Shown piece after piece: positions 12,318 to 25,756 of a stretch of DNA of 64,000 nt. Made by a program: the position numbers and the translations under genes. The notes below the pieces were generated by a model. The model ran no database searches and was not told the DNA's origin. It saw nothing but the letters and a program-made list of their open reading frames with translations. Source of the DNA: Ginglymostoma cirratum (lineage: Eukaryota); assembly GCA_024137785.1 (NCBI GenBank), contig JAHRHZ010000283.1, positions 42,709,020 to 42,773,019 of the forward strand. The letters are read 5' to 3'. Within the stretch, counting starts at the first letter, position 1. Every line of letters starts with the position of its first letter.

Positions 12318-13429
12318 GTCAGTATTTGTTTTAAATTATCCATTATGTATCTAATATTTACTATTTTAGTACTGAACTATTTCTTTGGAGAGAAACAGAG
12401 ACCCAGATATCAGAGCAGCAATATTTCTTCAATTGTTTCTACTCTTGCATTCTCCTGCTCAGAGTCATTGTGCATTTCTTGCCAGGTCTTCAGAGCATGG
12501 CTTCTACAGAAATGCAGAGCATATTGTCTCTTGAAGAACTCGGTCACAGCGAGTTAGCATGAGTGAAAGACTATATGCTGCCTGTTTTACTGCACTAGTT
12601 GCATTATGGCAAGTGTTAAGGTCTGGAGTAAGTATTCGTGAGTAAATAAATGAATTAATGTGTGAATGGGCTGATGGTCAAGGTACACGGATAGGGTAGT
12701 TGGAGAGACGACAGAAGTGTGTCGGTAGTTTACTTAGCATGGGGATCAGTGTGAGCGATTTGAGGGGGCCAGTTCTATAGTTACTGGGAATTTAGACCAG
12801 GTTTTAATTTGTCTTAACATTTTCTTGGTCATCACTCAGGTTAATACCTTGGAACTTTCAGGACGAGTTGGAGATTTTTGCAGAGGACCCTAAGGAACAA
12901 ATTGCTTGCTAGAAAATCGGACTTTCCAGGCAATTCCTACAGATGTCAGTGGGACTTCTGCAGAGTCTTAAAATACATCTGTGTGTACACATCTGGTCTC
13001 TAACGATCTAGAGATTGGAACAACTGTGCCAGAGTAACGTCTCAGGTCAATAAAGGTCATTGACCTGAAATATTAACCACCTTCACCACATGCTGCCTGA
13101 GCTGAATTTTCAATACCTTTTTAATTTTTTTTCTTGTTTCTAGCATCCACGATATTCATCTTAGAGTACATACCCACAATTAAATGTTTTTTGTAAATAT
13201 CAAGTTGTAAATCTTGGGTGTTGGTGTGTTATAATGTTCACCTACCTGTTTAATTTGAAACCTTACCCTTCTTTATTTGTCATAGAATTTTCAGCCAGAG
13301 ATACTTAAGTGGGTGATCCATCTTAACCTTCTCCTGAGATCTTCATCTCTAAATGCTAATCTTTAGCCAATTTGGTTCATTCCCATGTGATATCAAAAAT
13401 GTACTGCGTGTATTGGCTATGGCTTTGGA

Positions 13430-14140
13430 CAGCATTCTAGCTGTGACACTGAAAACATGCTCTAGAACGAGCTGAGCCTATAGCCATGCTATTCCACTAC
13501 AGCTGTAACCTTGGTGTCTATCCAACAAAGTGCAAAATTACTCAGGTATGACCTATCCCCACACAAAATAAAAACATTAAATCCAAATTAACAGAAACTT
13601 AACTAGGCATAGCCACACAAATACTGTGACTTAAAAATAACTCTCACCACTTTTTCTATTGCCTGTTAATAAAAAAACATGTCAGGTGTCTGATGAAATA
13701 CTCTTTACTTATATAGATGAATACACCTCCAACAACTTGAATAGTTATGCCATCCGGGGCAAAGCTACCCACTTCAAGGGCACTCAAAGAGCACCTTGAA
13801 ATATTTCCTCCCTCTACTGCCATTGTTCTTATCTCCAGTAAGCACCGCTACAACTCGCCAAGGCTCTTCAACAGCACCTCCTAAACCTGTGGCTTTCAGT
13901 ACTGAGAAAAACAAGGAGAGTAGGCACATATGGATACCACCACCACCAAGTTCCTGTCTAAGTCTCACATGATCCTGATCTAGTACTATCTTGCTGTCCC
14001 TTCACCATCACTCAGTCAAAATCTTGGAACTTACTACTTAACATATCTGCATTTTACCCCCACAGCACAGCTCGCCATCACTTTGTTGAGGGCAATTATG
14101 GATTGACAACAAATCCTGGCCTTGCCAGCAATGTTCACAT
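13430..14140 (+). mobile_element. Decayed LINE fragment, same family as 34859-37508
   Basis: 3' blocks (TCCTGA...ATCTTGCTGTCCCTTCAC...AAAATCTTGGAACT...GAGGGCAATTATGGAT) match the reverse complement of the 34.9 kb LINE tail. Confidence 0.55.
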
Positions 14141-14224
14141 CTATGCAACAATAAGCAAACTGTTCCAAATGTATGTTGTAATGCTGACTTTAGCTTCACA
14201 AAATCTTGATTTTTTTTTTTCCAG

Positions 14225-14402
14225 CATTTTGACTTTCCACTGCCAGACCCCCTCAAAGTGTTTGAAATGCTTGTGGTACCTGAGCAGGAATATCCAATGG
14301 TCTGCGTTGCCATCAGCAAAGGTAGTGAACCCAGCCAGGTGGTCCAGTTTCAGACAATAAACCTGAACTCCTCTTCCTCATGGTTTACAGAAGTTGGCTC
14401 AG
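14225..14402 (+). CDS. MAP4K5: MAP4K5 coding exon ([33 protein letters not shown]...WFTEVGS)
   Basis: T-run plus ccag| and |gtatgc; phase 0 to 1. Confidence 0.96.
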
Positions 14403-14828
14403 GTATGCCATTTACTAATAGATTATCATAAATCAGTACAAAATAAAATTTCTAATGGGTTCTACTGCAAAACAGTTTAAAGTTCAACTGTAGATTAGAT
14501 GATTTAAAACAAAACTGGAAAGTGAGTTGTACCAACTTGTTGATAATGCAGATCTAGACATTAAATAATACTATATAGGCTTAGTTGCAAGTACTATTAC
14601 AATGCTTAATTAATTTGTTAGCGTTAGACCCAGTTACTTAATAAATTTTGCACTGTTTTCAATGTACGCTATGAATAATTTCACATTGGGGAAATAGTTT
14701 AATGTACAGCATTCGGTGGAAACTTCTTTAACCTGATGAAAATTTATCTAAAAAGTACATCTTAATACGTTAAATGTTTACTTTGTCCTGAATGTATCAT
14801 TGTCACGTCTGCCTTTTTATTGTTGCAG

Positions 14829-14897
14829 CTAGTTGCCAGTTGGATACTGTCCACATAACCCAGCTGGAAAGGGATACAGTTCTTGTCTGCATGGATC
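14829..14897 (+). CDS. MAP4K5: MAP4K5 coding exon (ASCQLDTVHITQLERDTVLVCMD)
   Basis: gttgcag| and |gtgagt; phase 1 to 1. Confidence 0.95.
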
Positions 14898-15662
14898 GTG
14901 AGTACCTGTCACTTTTTAATAATCCTAGGTTTATTCCCTTTTACTAGCATGTGTATTTCTGTCTCAAATGATCAAGTTCAGAAAAACTTAATTTGTACTT
15001 CTGTTATTCCTGTATTTGTAAACTCACACCATAGCATGCTTAACACTTACTTTCATTCAGTATAGTATCTGTTGTATATGACAGACTCATGGCTGCAGTG
15101 GAACTGCTGAGTAAGTGTTTTTTGCATTTTTCATGCGGTACAAGTTAACGGACACAGATGTTTTACTTCACTGCCACTGCAAAGGCTAATAGAGTTCAGG
15201 TTTATGAGAAGCGTACCTTTCAACCTTTAAAGTATTAGATCAGTAATCAAATGAAGGGATATTGATTCAGTGTATGTTACACATTACATTTATTAAAATT
15301 GCTGTTACTATATTTACTTCTGCTAAATTTGTTTTTATCAAATTAGTACAGTTTACGATTTGATTACCCATAAAACAAATTAAATCATGTTACTCCTACC
15401 AGGTGAGGAGGTTTAGAAGGTTCCCTTTTCTCCCTACTTGACATTTGAGGGCAACAGATTTTTTGAAAGTATGTGCTTGCCAACTCGGTGAGTGCTGAAG
15501 AGTTGATGTGCCATGACTGTAAAAGACACTATGGACAGATTTCCTCATTAAAATAGGAGTAGCATTTATTGTACTTAACATGCAATCCAAGTAAAACAAT
15601 AATTGCTCTGACTCTGTCTCACTCACACATTGAAGGGATTGCACACAATCACACTCAATTTG

Positions 15663-18600
15663 CAAAAACAAAGTTGCTGGAAAAGCTCAGCAGGTCTAGC
15701 AGCGTTTGAAGAAGAAATCAGAGTTAATGTTTCAGGTTTGGTGGCCCTTCCTCAGAACTGATGGTAGCTGGGAAAAACATCAGTTTATATGCAGAAAATA
15801 GGGAGGGGGAATGGAGTAGGGGGTAAAACAATAGCATCAAGGATAGAGCCCAAAGAGAGAGAAGAGCAGTTGGATAAACAAAGCAGTTGATGACCATCTG
15901 TCTAGGAGGGTGAATAGCTCTTAATGAGGACTGTTGGTGAATAACAATAGGTGGTGTGTAATGGCATGCTAAACGATAACAAGGCCTGGAGTGTCGGGTA
16001 GCGGGCTAGGACGTGGGAGAGTTCAGCCCCTAAAATTATTGAACTCGATATTGAGTCGAAAGGGCTGCAGGGTCCCCAAGCAGAAAATGAGGTGTTGTTC
16101 TTCCAGCTTGCATTGAGCTTTGCTGCAGCAAGCCAAAGATACAGATATTGGTCAGGGAACAGGGTGGTGTGTTAAAGTGGCAGGCAACTGGAAGCTCGGT
16201 CTTCTTTGCAAGCAGAACGTAGATGTGCTACGAAACGATCAGCCAGTCTACGCTTCGTTTTCCCAATGTAGAGGAAACCATATTGTGAGCAGCGAATGCA
16301 GTAGATTAGATTCTCTGAAGTGCGGGCAAAGTGTTCCTTCAAATGTTTGTGGCCTTGGATACTGGGGTGGGAGGAGGTAAATGGGCAGGTGTTACACCTT
16401 CGGTTGTGGGAAAGATGTCATGGGACTGTGGGAGGGGGTTGTTGGTAGGGAAGGAAGAATGGACCAGCATGTCCTGGAGAAAATGGTCCCTGCAGTCGCT
16501 GGACCAGGGAGGGAAATATGTGTATGGTGGTGGCAGAAATGGCATCTGATCTTCTGAATGTGGATGTCGGTGGGATGGCAAGTAAGGACAAAGAGAACCC
16601 TATTGCTGTTGTGGGAGGGAAGAGAGGGGCTGAGGACAGAAGTGCGGGAGATGGGTCGGACATGGTTGAGGGCCTTGACGACAATGGTACTGGGGAATTC
16701 TTGGTTGCGGAAGAAGGTGGAAGTTTCAGAGGCTCCCTTGTTGAAGTTGGCCTCATCTGAACATATGCAACAGAGACAGAGGAACTGACAGAATAGGATG
16801 GAGTCTTTACAGGAGGTAGGGCATGAGGATGTATGTCCAGGTAGCTGTGGGATTTGGAGGATTTTTTGAGGAAATTAGTGGCCAGTCTGTCCCCAGAAAT
16901 GGAAACAGATGTCAAGGAAAGGAGGAGCCAGAGATAGACCAGGTGAAACTGAGGGCAGAGTGGAAATTGAAAGTGAAATTAATTAACTTTTCCAATTCCA
17001 GATGAAAGAGGGAAGCAGCATCGATGATGTCTTCTATATATTGCTGAAAGAGTTCTGGGTGGGGGCTAGAATAGGACTGGAACAAGGAAAGTTCCATGTA
17101 CCCCACGAAGAGACAGGCATAAATGGGGCCCATGTGGGTACCCATGGCCATCCGTCTCACCTGGAGAAAATGAGAGGAGTTAAAAGAGAAGTTGTTGAGG
17201 GTGAGGACGAGCTCAGCCAAGTGGAGGAGGGTGCTAGTGGGTGGAGATGGTTCAGGTCTTTGCTCCAGGAAGAAGCGGAGCCCTAAGACCCTTCTGGTAG
17301 GGAATGGACATGTAAAAGATTATATGTCCGTGGTAAAGTGGAGGCAGCGGAGCCTGCAAACTGGAAATTTTGAAACTGGCATAAAGCGTCAGAGGAATCA
17401 CATGGGCAGGGATTGAGTCAAAGTTGGAAAAGATTAGTTCTGCGGGGCAGGAGCAGGCTGAAACAATGGGTCTGTCCAGACAGTCCTCTTTGTGGATGTT
17501 TTAGAGGAAGTCGAAGGGGCTGGGGGACTATCAACTTGGAATCAGTGGGGGGAATTACCAGATGAAATGAGGTCCTTTACCATAGTAGATACAATGGCTT
17601 GATGTACAATGGTGGGGTCATGGTCTGGGGAGAATAAGAGGAGGTATCTGAGAGCTGGCGCTGAGCCTCTGCAATGTAGAGGTCAGTATGCCAGACTATA
17701 ACAGCACTGCCCTTATTGGCAGGCTTAATAACAAAGTCGGGGTTAGATCTAAGCACATCTAAAAGTACAGTCAGTTCAGAAGGAGATAGTTGGATTGGGT
17801 GAGGGGGGCCAGAGAAATTGAGGTGACCAATATCATTTTGACAGTTCTCAATGAACAGATAGAGTGCAGGTAAAAGGCCAGAGGGAAGGATCCAGGTCGA
17901 GGGAGAGTGTTGGAATAGGGCATTCCTCCTCTCGTCTGGAATTGGAAAAGTTCATTGACTTCACTTCCAATTTCCACCCTGCCCTCACTTTCACCTGGTC
18001 TATCTCTGACTCCTCCCTTCCCTTCCTCAACATCTGTTTCTATTTCTGGGGATAGACTGTCCACTAATCTCCACTATAAACCCACTGTCTCCCACAGCTA
18101 CTGGACTATACATCCTCACACCCTGCTTCCTGTAAAGACTCCATCCCATTCTGTCAGTTCCTCCGTCTGTGTCGCATATGTTCAGATGAGGCCAAATTCG
18201 ACAAGGGAGCCTCCGAAATATCCACCTTCTTCCGCAACCGAGAATTCCCCAGTACCATTGTCATCAAGGCCCTCAACCACGTCCAACCCATCTGTTGCAC
18301 TTCCGTCCTCAGCCCCTCTCTTCCCTCCTGCAACAGCAATAGTGTTCCCCTTGTCCTTACTTGCCATCTACGTTCTGCTCGCAAAAAAGCCTCTGAGCTT
18401 CCAGTTGCCTGCCACTTTAACACGCCACCCTGTTCCCTGGCCAACATCTCTGTCTCTGGCTTGCTACAATAAAGCTCCACGCAAGCTGGAAGAACAACAC
18501 CTCATTTTCTGCTTGGGGACCTTGCAGACTTCCGGACTCAATATTGAGTTCAATAATTCTAAGGCCTGAACTCTCCCGTGTCCTTGTCCCCTACCCCATA

Positions 18601-18965
18601 CACCAGGCCTTATCACATAGCCTGCCATTACATATTACCCATTGTTAGTCTCTAACAGTCCTCATTAAGAGCTATTCACCCTCCTAGCCAGATCGTTATC
18701 AACTCCTTTGTCTAACCAACTGCTCTTCTCTCTCTTTGAGCTCTGTCCTTGATGCTATTGTTCTCTCCCTACCCCATCCCCCCCCTATTTTCTGTATATA
18801 AACCGATGTTTTCCCAGCGACTATCAGTTCTGAGGAAGGGTCATTAGACCTGAAACGTTAATTTTGATTTTTTTCTTCACAGATGTCGTCAGATCTGAGC
18901 TTTTGCAGCAACCTCTGTTTTTGTTTTTGTTCCTGATTTACAACATCTGCAGTTCTTTTGGTTTT
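15663..18965 (-). mobile_element. Penelope-like retroelement (RT plus GIY-YIG, frameshifted) with large inverted arm
   Basis: Minus strand: MAMGTHMGPIYACLFVG...QYIEDI (RT, ORF 16912-17220) and IYCIRCSQYGFLYIGKTKRRLADRFVAH (GIY-YIG, about 16220-16306). About 17925-18965 is a + strand copy of the same 3' region with an internal deletion. Confidence 0.88.
18826..18863 (+). ncRNA. Minimal type I hammerhead ribozyme motif (intact core)
   Basis: AGTT-CTGAGGA-AGGGTC-ATTA-GACCT-GAAACGTT-AATT: CUGANGA and GAAA boxes, stem II, palindromic ACGT helix III and a 4-bp stem I. Confidence 0.7.
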
Positions 18966-19249
18966 CACATAAATTACAAAGTGGGAGGGTACATTTAAGT
19001 AGTATTTTAAAGTCCGGCAAAATTTAATAGTATGTGGATCTTGCTGATTTGCCTTGAATGGTTTCAGGCTGAACTTGATGGTCCCTCTGCATTCTGTGTC
19101 GTAGGTTTAAATATGTTGATCTGAGATTTATCGTATTGAATAGTGAGCAGCTGTTGCCTTGATGCTTAAACCACTGCCTATGGTGAGTGGATGGTTAAAA
19201 CTGCTAACTGGGCTGAAACCTGCAGGCAGGATGAAGCTAATTAATAGCA

Positions 19250-19975
19250 TTCCATTGACCCATATGATCAAGATCCCTTTGTAATCTTAGAAAACCTTCT
19301 TCACTCACTGTCTACTATATCACCAATTTTGGTACTGTCCGCAAACTTACTAACCATGCCTTTTGTGTTCTCAACCAAATTATTTATATAAATGACAAAC
19401 GAAAAAGGATCCAGAACTGATCCCTGTGGAAACTGCTGGTGACAGGCCACCGATCTGAAAAGCAACCACATCTGTCTGCTGCCGTTAAGCTAATTATGTA
19501 TCCAATTGGCAAGCTCACCCTGAATCCCATGTAACCTAACTTTACTGATTAGTCTACCGTGTGGAATCTTGTCAAAAGCTTTACTAAAATCCAAGTAAAC
19601 AACATCTACTGCTTTGCCCTCATCAGTCTTTTTGGTAACTTATTCAAAAAAACTCAGTCAAGTTTGAGAGAGACAGTTTTCTTCGCACACAACAATGTTG
19701 ACTATTTCTAATCAATTTTTGCCTCTCCAATTGTCCGTAGATCCTATCTTTTAAAATTACCTCCAACGACTTATTCATAACCAAAGTCAGACTCACCATG
19801 TCTATAATTCCCGGGTTTCTCCTTAGAATTCTCCTTAAACAAAGGCACAACATTAGCCGCCCTCCAGGCATCAGGCACCTCACCCATAGTTATAGATGAT
19901 GCAAATATTTCTGCAAGGGGCTTTATAATTTCCTCCCTTGTTCCCACAGCATTCCGGCGTACATTAGATCAGGTA
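19250..19975 (-). mobile_element. CR1 LINE RT fragment
   Basis: Minus strand LDFSKAFDKIPH and SKFADSTK motifs, with stops and frameshifts. Confidence 0.8.
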
Positions 19976-20394
19976 TCTCAATGTCTACCCTGCCAAGCTG
20001 CCTCAGAATATCGTGTTACTGAATTTACACTGATTCCATGGTATCTTTCCAGATGGTCATATAATTCAACCCAAATATATTTTGGCAATTGTTCTTGTAA
20101 TTGTATCACCGATTCTAGGGTTTTGACTGACTGATACTTATATTTAAAATGGACAAAGGAACAGTACTGCAGTCCTTGAAAATAAAACCAAGACAGTAGT
20201 GAGCTGTTAGTTGTAAGCTGGTGGTCACAAAGTACAGCTTCCATTTTGTTTGCTTGCTTTTAGTAAGTCAAACTCTAAAGTGGAGCTGGATTTGGGCTGG
20301 CCGAAGACCCCTCTTGAAAGTGTTCCAGCTACCTTTCCCCCTGCTCTTCTACCATCAGTAATGAACTATAGTCCTTGCTCTTCCTGGTCCTGAG

Positions 20395-21340
20395 ACCCAA
20401 GCTGTTCACGATATAAATTAACAATTTGGACAAAGGAATTGAATGAAATATCTCCAAATTTTGCAGATGACTCTAAGCTGGGTGGCAGTGTGTCCTGCAA
20501 AGAGGATGCTGAGAGGTTGCTTAGACAGACTGGCTGAGTGGGCAAATACTTGCAATGCTTAAATGCAATATAATGTGGATAAATGTGAGGCTATCCCACT
20601 TTGGTTGAAAAAGGAGGAAGGCAGGTTATTGTCTGAATGGTGCTAGTTTTGGAAAAGGAGGTGCAACAAGACCTGGGTGTCATGGTGGGACATTTGCTGA
20701 AGGTTGGCATGCAGGTGCAGCACGTGGTGAGGAAAGCTAATGGCATGCTGGTCTTCATAGCAAGAGGGTTTGAAATTGGAGTGAAGATGTCTTGCTACAG
20801 TTATACAGGGTCTTGATGAGGCCACATCTCGGAGTATTGTGTGCAGTTTTGGTCTCCTAGTCTGAGGAAGGACGCTCTTGCTATTGAGAGAGTTCATTGA
20901 AGGTTCACCAGACTGATCCCTGGGATGGCAGGACTGATGTATGAGGAAAGACTGGATCGACTGGGCTTGTACTCATTGGAATTTAGAAGATTTGAGGGGG
21001 TTGATCTTAGGTTAGATGCAGTAAGAATGTTCCTGACATTGGGGAAGTCCAGAAGTATGAGGTCACAGTCTAAGAATAAGGGGTAAGCCATTCAGAACTG
21101 AGAAAGAAGTTCTTCACTCACAGTTTGAATCTGCGGAATTCTCTACCACAGGAAGCTGTTGGGGCCTGTTCATTAGATATACTCAAGAGGGAGCTGGACG
21201 TGGTCCTTCTGGCTGAACAAGGGGGATGGAGCGAAAGTGGGAATGGGGTATTGAAATTGCATGATCAGCCATGATCATATCGGATGGTGGTGCAGGCTTG
21301 AAGGACTGAATGGCCCAGTTCTGCACCCATTTTCTATGCT
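20395..21340 (+). mobile_element. CR1 LINE 3' fragment
   Basis: ISK-FADDSKLGG, YCVQFWSP motifs and CR1 3' tail (GAATGGCC...TTTCTATG). Confidence 0.85.
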
Positions 21341-22052
21341 TCCTTTGGTGAGTAGCACCTGGTCTGAATTAATATACATGTGCAAGAATTTTGAATTGTC
21401 TTGAATTTCCAACTGATGCCAGCTAGGAGTAAATTGAAGCAATCTAATCTGGAAGTAGCAAGAGAATGAATGAAGATTTCAGCAATAGATAAACTGATCC
21501 AAACGCAGAATCGGGTAATTTCCAGAGAGATCGTACAAGACCTTGGTGCAGTGATGAGATAGGAAGCCCATCTAGAATTACACCAAACATGTAGATGGAA
21601 CTTTTGGTGAATAGTCTCTTTGTAATAACCCCTAATTTTACATATTCTTTGAAATTTTGTAGGAGAGTGTACTATTGTATGACGTAACACATGTAAATGG
21701 GTAAACACAAGTGGATAAAATTAAGCAAGGATTTGTTAAGTAACCTAAAATGTAACTCTTCGAATGTTTCCCCACATTCTTTCCCCTACATGTCTTTTGA
21801 CCGTTGTGGAATGTGTTTTCTATCCAACCGTCAAGGGTATAGCTCTGAGCCCTTTTGGTACAGTAACCCAAGACAGCACCTAAATATCAATAATTACTTG
21901 CATGAAGTATATTTTTAAGAAATATTCTAAAACTGTCAAGATGTAATTTGAAACCTTCAGACTACAGAAAGAAATGACTGTACTGTTCATAGTTGTCCAG
22001 TAATTTACAGCACCTAAAAATTTATGCATGAATAGCCATATTTTCTTTTCAG

Positions 22053-22145
22053 AAAATGTCAAGATTGTAAATCTACACGGCAAATTGAAATCGAGCAAAA
22101 AGCTGGCATCAGAGCTAAGTTTTGACTTTTGCATTGAATCAGTAG
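22053..22145 (+). CDS. MAP4K5: MAP4K5 coding exon (QNVKIVNLHGKLKSSKKLASELSFDFCIESV)
   Basis: cttttcag| and |gtgagt; phase 1 to 1. Confidence 0.96.
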
Positions 22146-23259
22146 GTGAGTTAATTTCCCAATATTTTCATTAAAATTATTTTTAAAATAAGTTTACAAT
22201 AAAATCTATTTCATTAGCTTTCAGAATGCAAAACAGTTTTAAGATGGCCTAGTTGATTTGGGTGGGAAGAAACCAAATGGACCTGGGCTCAAGGAAATGC
22301 AGTGGTTTGTTTTTGGAGGATGACTAAGACTATGTGTGCACTACATAGGAACGTTCTAAAAGCAGTAGACTTTTCTGGAGATTAGGGCTCAGATTTTCAA
22401 ATTAAGGTTGGAAACCCTAATTCCTATCCTGATTACAGTAATGAGTAGACACACATCTTTAGATGAGTACATTCCTTGAGTTCCGTGGCTGGAATGATAG
22501 GTGGGTAAGGGTACTCCTAGGGCGCCAGGTGCCTCAGTGGCTGAGGGATGTAGGTGACGGGTTGGTGAATGAGTATGTAGTATGTGCTAAGTGATTAGGT
22601 TGGGGGAAGTTGAATTAGTAGAGACATATTGGGCCTGTTTGGTGTCAAATCCATGGGAGTTAGGGAGTACTGTCCGCCGGCTCATTCTGAGATGTGGCAT
22701 GTTAATTTGATGGGGAGGGTTGAAGAGTGGGTCAGATCTGGGTGTGGATGGTTGGTTAGTTGGAGTGAGGTTCTCTGATCTGATGAGGTCAAGATGAAGC
22801 AGGGATTCGTTTTGGTGGGCTACTCAGGATTAAAATGAGTTTTAAATTCTGTTTTTTTTTCCTGGTAACTATTGAGCTTAAATGAGTTGGAACCTTCCAA
22901 AATCACTTGCCTCATCCAAGTCAAAATATATTGTAAGTAAGTGAGACCCCAGCACGGACCCCTGTGGCACTCCACAGCTTTCAATCCATTGACAAAGTGG
23001 GTAAATATCTGAATAAAATGATGGCTTGTGCTGTAAAAAATTAAATATTCAATATTTTGACACAATCCAAAAATATTCTACATTTTTGATTGATGTGGAG
23101 TTATCTAGAGCTTTGAGTTGCATATTTTTAGAATTGACAAAATCTTCTAACCAGTTTTGAATCATAACAAGAATTAGATGCTAAGCAGATTCAAATATGC
23201 TTAATTAATTTTATTTATGCTAAAAGCATTTCTTTGACTCCCCTCTCTCTTTTTTTCAG

Positions 23260-23330
23260 TTTGTCTTCAAGACAGTATACTGGCTTTCTGGAAGCATGGT
23301 ATGCAGGGCAAAAGCTTCAAGTCAAATGAA
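23260..23330 (+). CDS. MAP4K5: MAP4K5 coding exon ([24 protein letters not shown])
   Basis: ttttttcag| and |gtaagt; phase 1 to 0. Confidence 0.97.
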
Positions 23331-24334
23331 GTAAGTCCACTACATTTACTTCCATGGTTGCCAAATAACAAATTTGATTACTTGGAACAGGACTTATTTT
23401 TATTGACTCTTGTCTCTCCTGAATGATAAGTCATCATTCAATGTACTACAAATATGATTTTGTGCCTCAACATGAACAATCATGTTATCATCAGTCTGGT
23501 GATGGAGCTAGTGCTGCTGCTATCGCTGCTCAAGCCCCAGTTCCCAAGCAGCCCCTTAGAACCCCGGTTATTGGGGTCAGATGTACCCCTGTTTTAGGCT
23601 CTGTGTGCAAGAATCTATATTCTTTCTCCTGCTTCTTATCAAGATACTGACTTTTGTCCCTCTGGTATATGCTCAAAGTTGTTCAGAAGGGACCATGAAA
23701 TGTGATTCTAAAAATTTATTCCTTTAGAGCAATAGTTTTTTTGTTTGTTCGTATGATGTGGATGTCATAACCTAGTACACCATTTATTGCCCATCTCGAA
23801 TTGTCAGAGAAGGTGGTGGTTAGCTGCTGCATTAAACTGTTGCAGTTCCAGTGGTACAGGTATCTACAGTGCTGTGAAGAAGCGTTCCAGGATTTTGACC
23901 TAGCAACAGTGAAGGAATAGTAATATAGTTCCAGGTCAGGACTTATGACTTGGAGGGGAACTTACAGATAGAAACATTCTTGTGAATATGTTGCCTTTGT
24001 TATCTAGATGATAGTGGTTGTGGGTTTGGAAATTGCTGCTGAAGGAGCCTTGGTGAGTTACTGCAGTGCATCTGTAGATGGTACACGCTGCTGCTGTGCA
24101 TTGGTGATGAAGGGCACAAATGTTAAATATGGTGGATGTGGTGCTAGTCAAGCAGGCTGCTTTGTTCAGGATGCTGTTGAGCTGCTTATGTTGTTGGAGT
24201 TGTACTCATTCAGGCAAATATTCTATTACATAGCTAACTTGTGCCTTGTAGATTTTTATCAGGCCTTGGAGATAGGAGATGAGTTACTTGTTGCAGAATT
24301 CATAGCCTCTGACCTCTTGGTCACTGTGATCAGG

Positions 24335-24452
24335 TTTAAAAAAAAAATCATTAACCTGTTTAGATATGCTATGACACATGTTGAATCAGATGGAATTGAA
24401 CCCAGATCCTCATGCCTAGAGCTAGGAACACTACCAATGTGCCACAAAACCG
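24335..24452 (-). mobile_element. Short tRNA-derived SINE nested in LINE
   Basis: Minus strand A box TGGCACATTGG and B box GGTTCAATTCC, followed by a T-run. Confidence 0.6.
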
Positions 24453-24465
24453 CTTCACAGTATTT

Positions 24466-24505
24466 GTATAGCTGACCTATTTCATGTATAGCTGACCTAT
24501 TTCAT
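24466..24505. repeat. Tandem 20-bp duplication (GTATAGCTGACCTATTTCAT)x2
   Basis: Read directly. Confidence 0.9.
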
Positions 24506-25554
24506 TTATAGCCTATGGGATCCCCCTGTGCAAGTGCATGCATGCACAACGGTGTTGACATTTGGGCATTCAGTGATGCTACTTCTGTTGAATATCAAGG
24601 GGCATTGGTTAGATTCTCTTGTTGGAAATGGTCATTGCCTAGCACCTCTGTAGTGCAGACTTTACTTGCTATTTATAAGGCCAAGCCTGGATGTTGTGCC
24701 AGCCTTGCTGCATTTGAGCACTGACTATTTCAGTATCTGACGAGTCCAAATGGTGCTAAACGATGTGCAGATATCCCCTCTTCAGACCTTATGATGGATA
24801 GAAGGTTATTGATGAAGCAGCTGAAGATATTTGGACACTGAAATGATTGACCTGTAACGACCACAACCATCTTCTTTTCTGCAATGTATGAGTCCAACCA
24901 GCAGAGTAATTCCCTCTGATTCCCATTGACTCCAGCTTTGCTAACACTACTTGATGCCACATTTTGTCAAATGCAGTCTTGATATCAAGGCCAGTCTCAC
25001 TCCTCTCATGCCTTGGCTTTATGTCTCTTTTTGTTTGCATCTGGACCAAGGCAGTAATGAGATCAGGATCCAAGACCCCTGAACGGAATCAAAACTGAGC
25101 ATAAGGCAGCAGGTTGTTCTTTTGGTAGTGTGGCTTGATAGGCCTTCAACCCTTTATGTCACTTTGATTGAGAGCAGACTGATAGGGTGGTAATTGGCTG
25201 CCTTGTCCTGCGTTTTTGTGTACATTCCTGGACAATTTTCCACATTGTCTGGGAAATCCCAGTGTAGTTGTTGGACTGGAACAGCTTGACTTAGGTGCAT
25301 AGCAAGTTCTTGATCAATCCTGTTCGGTACTACTGTTAGAATGTTGTCAAGGCTATAGCTTTTGCAGCATCCAATGCCTTCAGCTGTTTCTTGATATCAT
25401 ATGGAGTGCATCAGATAGTCTGAAGACTGGCATCTGCAATACAGGGATCTCCGAAGGAGGCTGAGGAAGATGATCCACTTGGCAATTCAGGCTGAAGATT
25501 GCAAATATTACAGATTTTTCTTTTCTCATTTGCTGAGATCCCTATTATTGAGTA

Positions 25555-25756
25555 CACGTAGTTCTGCTATAACACCTTTTGTTAACGCAAATTTTCTGTA
25601 ATGTGATTAATAAATAGTGGATGCTGTTTGGATAATGTGTACTTTTTGCTGTACAGGTATAGCGTTTTCCCTATGGTGATTTTGTTTTTCTGTAGCGTGA
25701 ATTTCTATAGCGCAAGGGCACACAAGAACGCGACTATTGTGTTACAGAACAGCCTG
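25555..25756. mobile_element. Tc1/mariner (Tigger-like) MITE nested in LINE
   Basis: TA on both sides (25553-54, 25757-58); imperfect TIRs CACGTAGTTCTGCTATAACAC and CAGGCTGTTCTGTAACAC; host LINE sequence resumes across it. Confidence 0.6.

Noticed and set aside
17955-18569. Longest ORF in the window (204 aa, Ser/Pro-rich)
   Set aside because: Mostly an off-frame reading of the Penelope arm; only the tail (RKLEEQHLIFCLGTL...GLNIEF) is in the real PLE frame.
23494-23574. In-frame Ala/Pro-rich stretch (SGDGASAAAIAAQAPVPKQPLRTP) as a possible alternative MAP4K5 exon
   Set aside because: Poor pyrimidine tract and weak donors; the flanking exons already join in frame, and it would interrupt the CNH fold.
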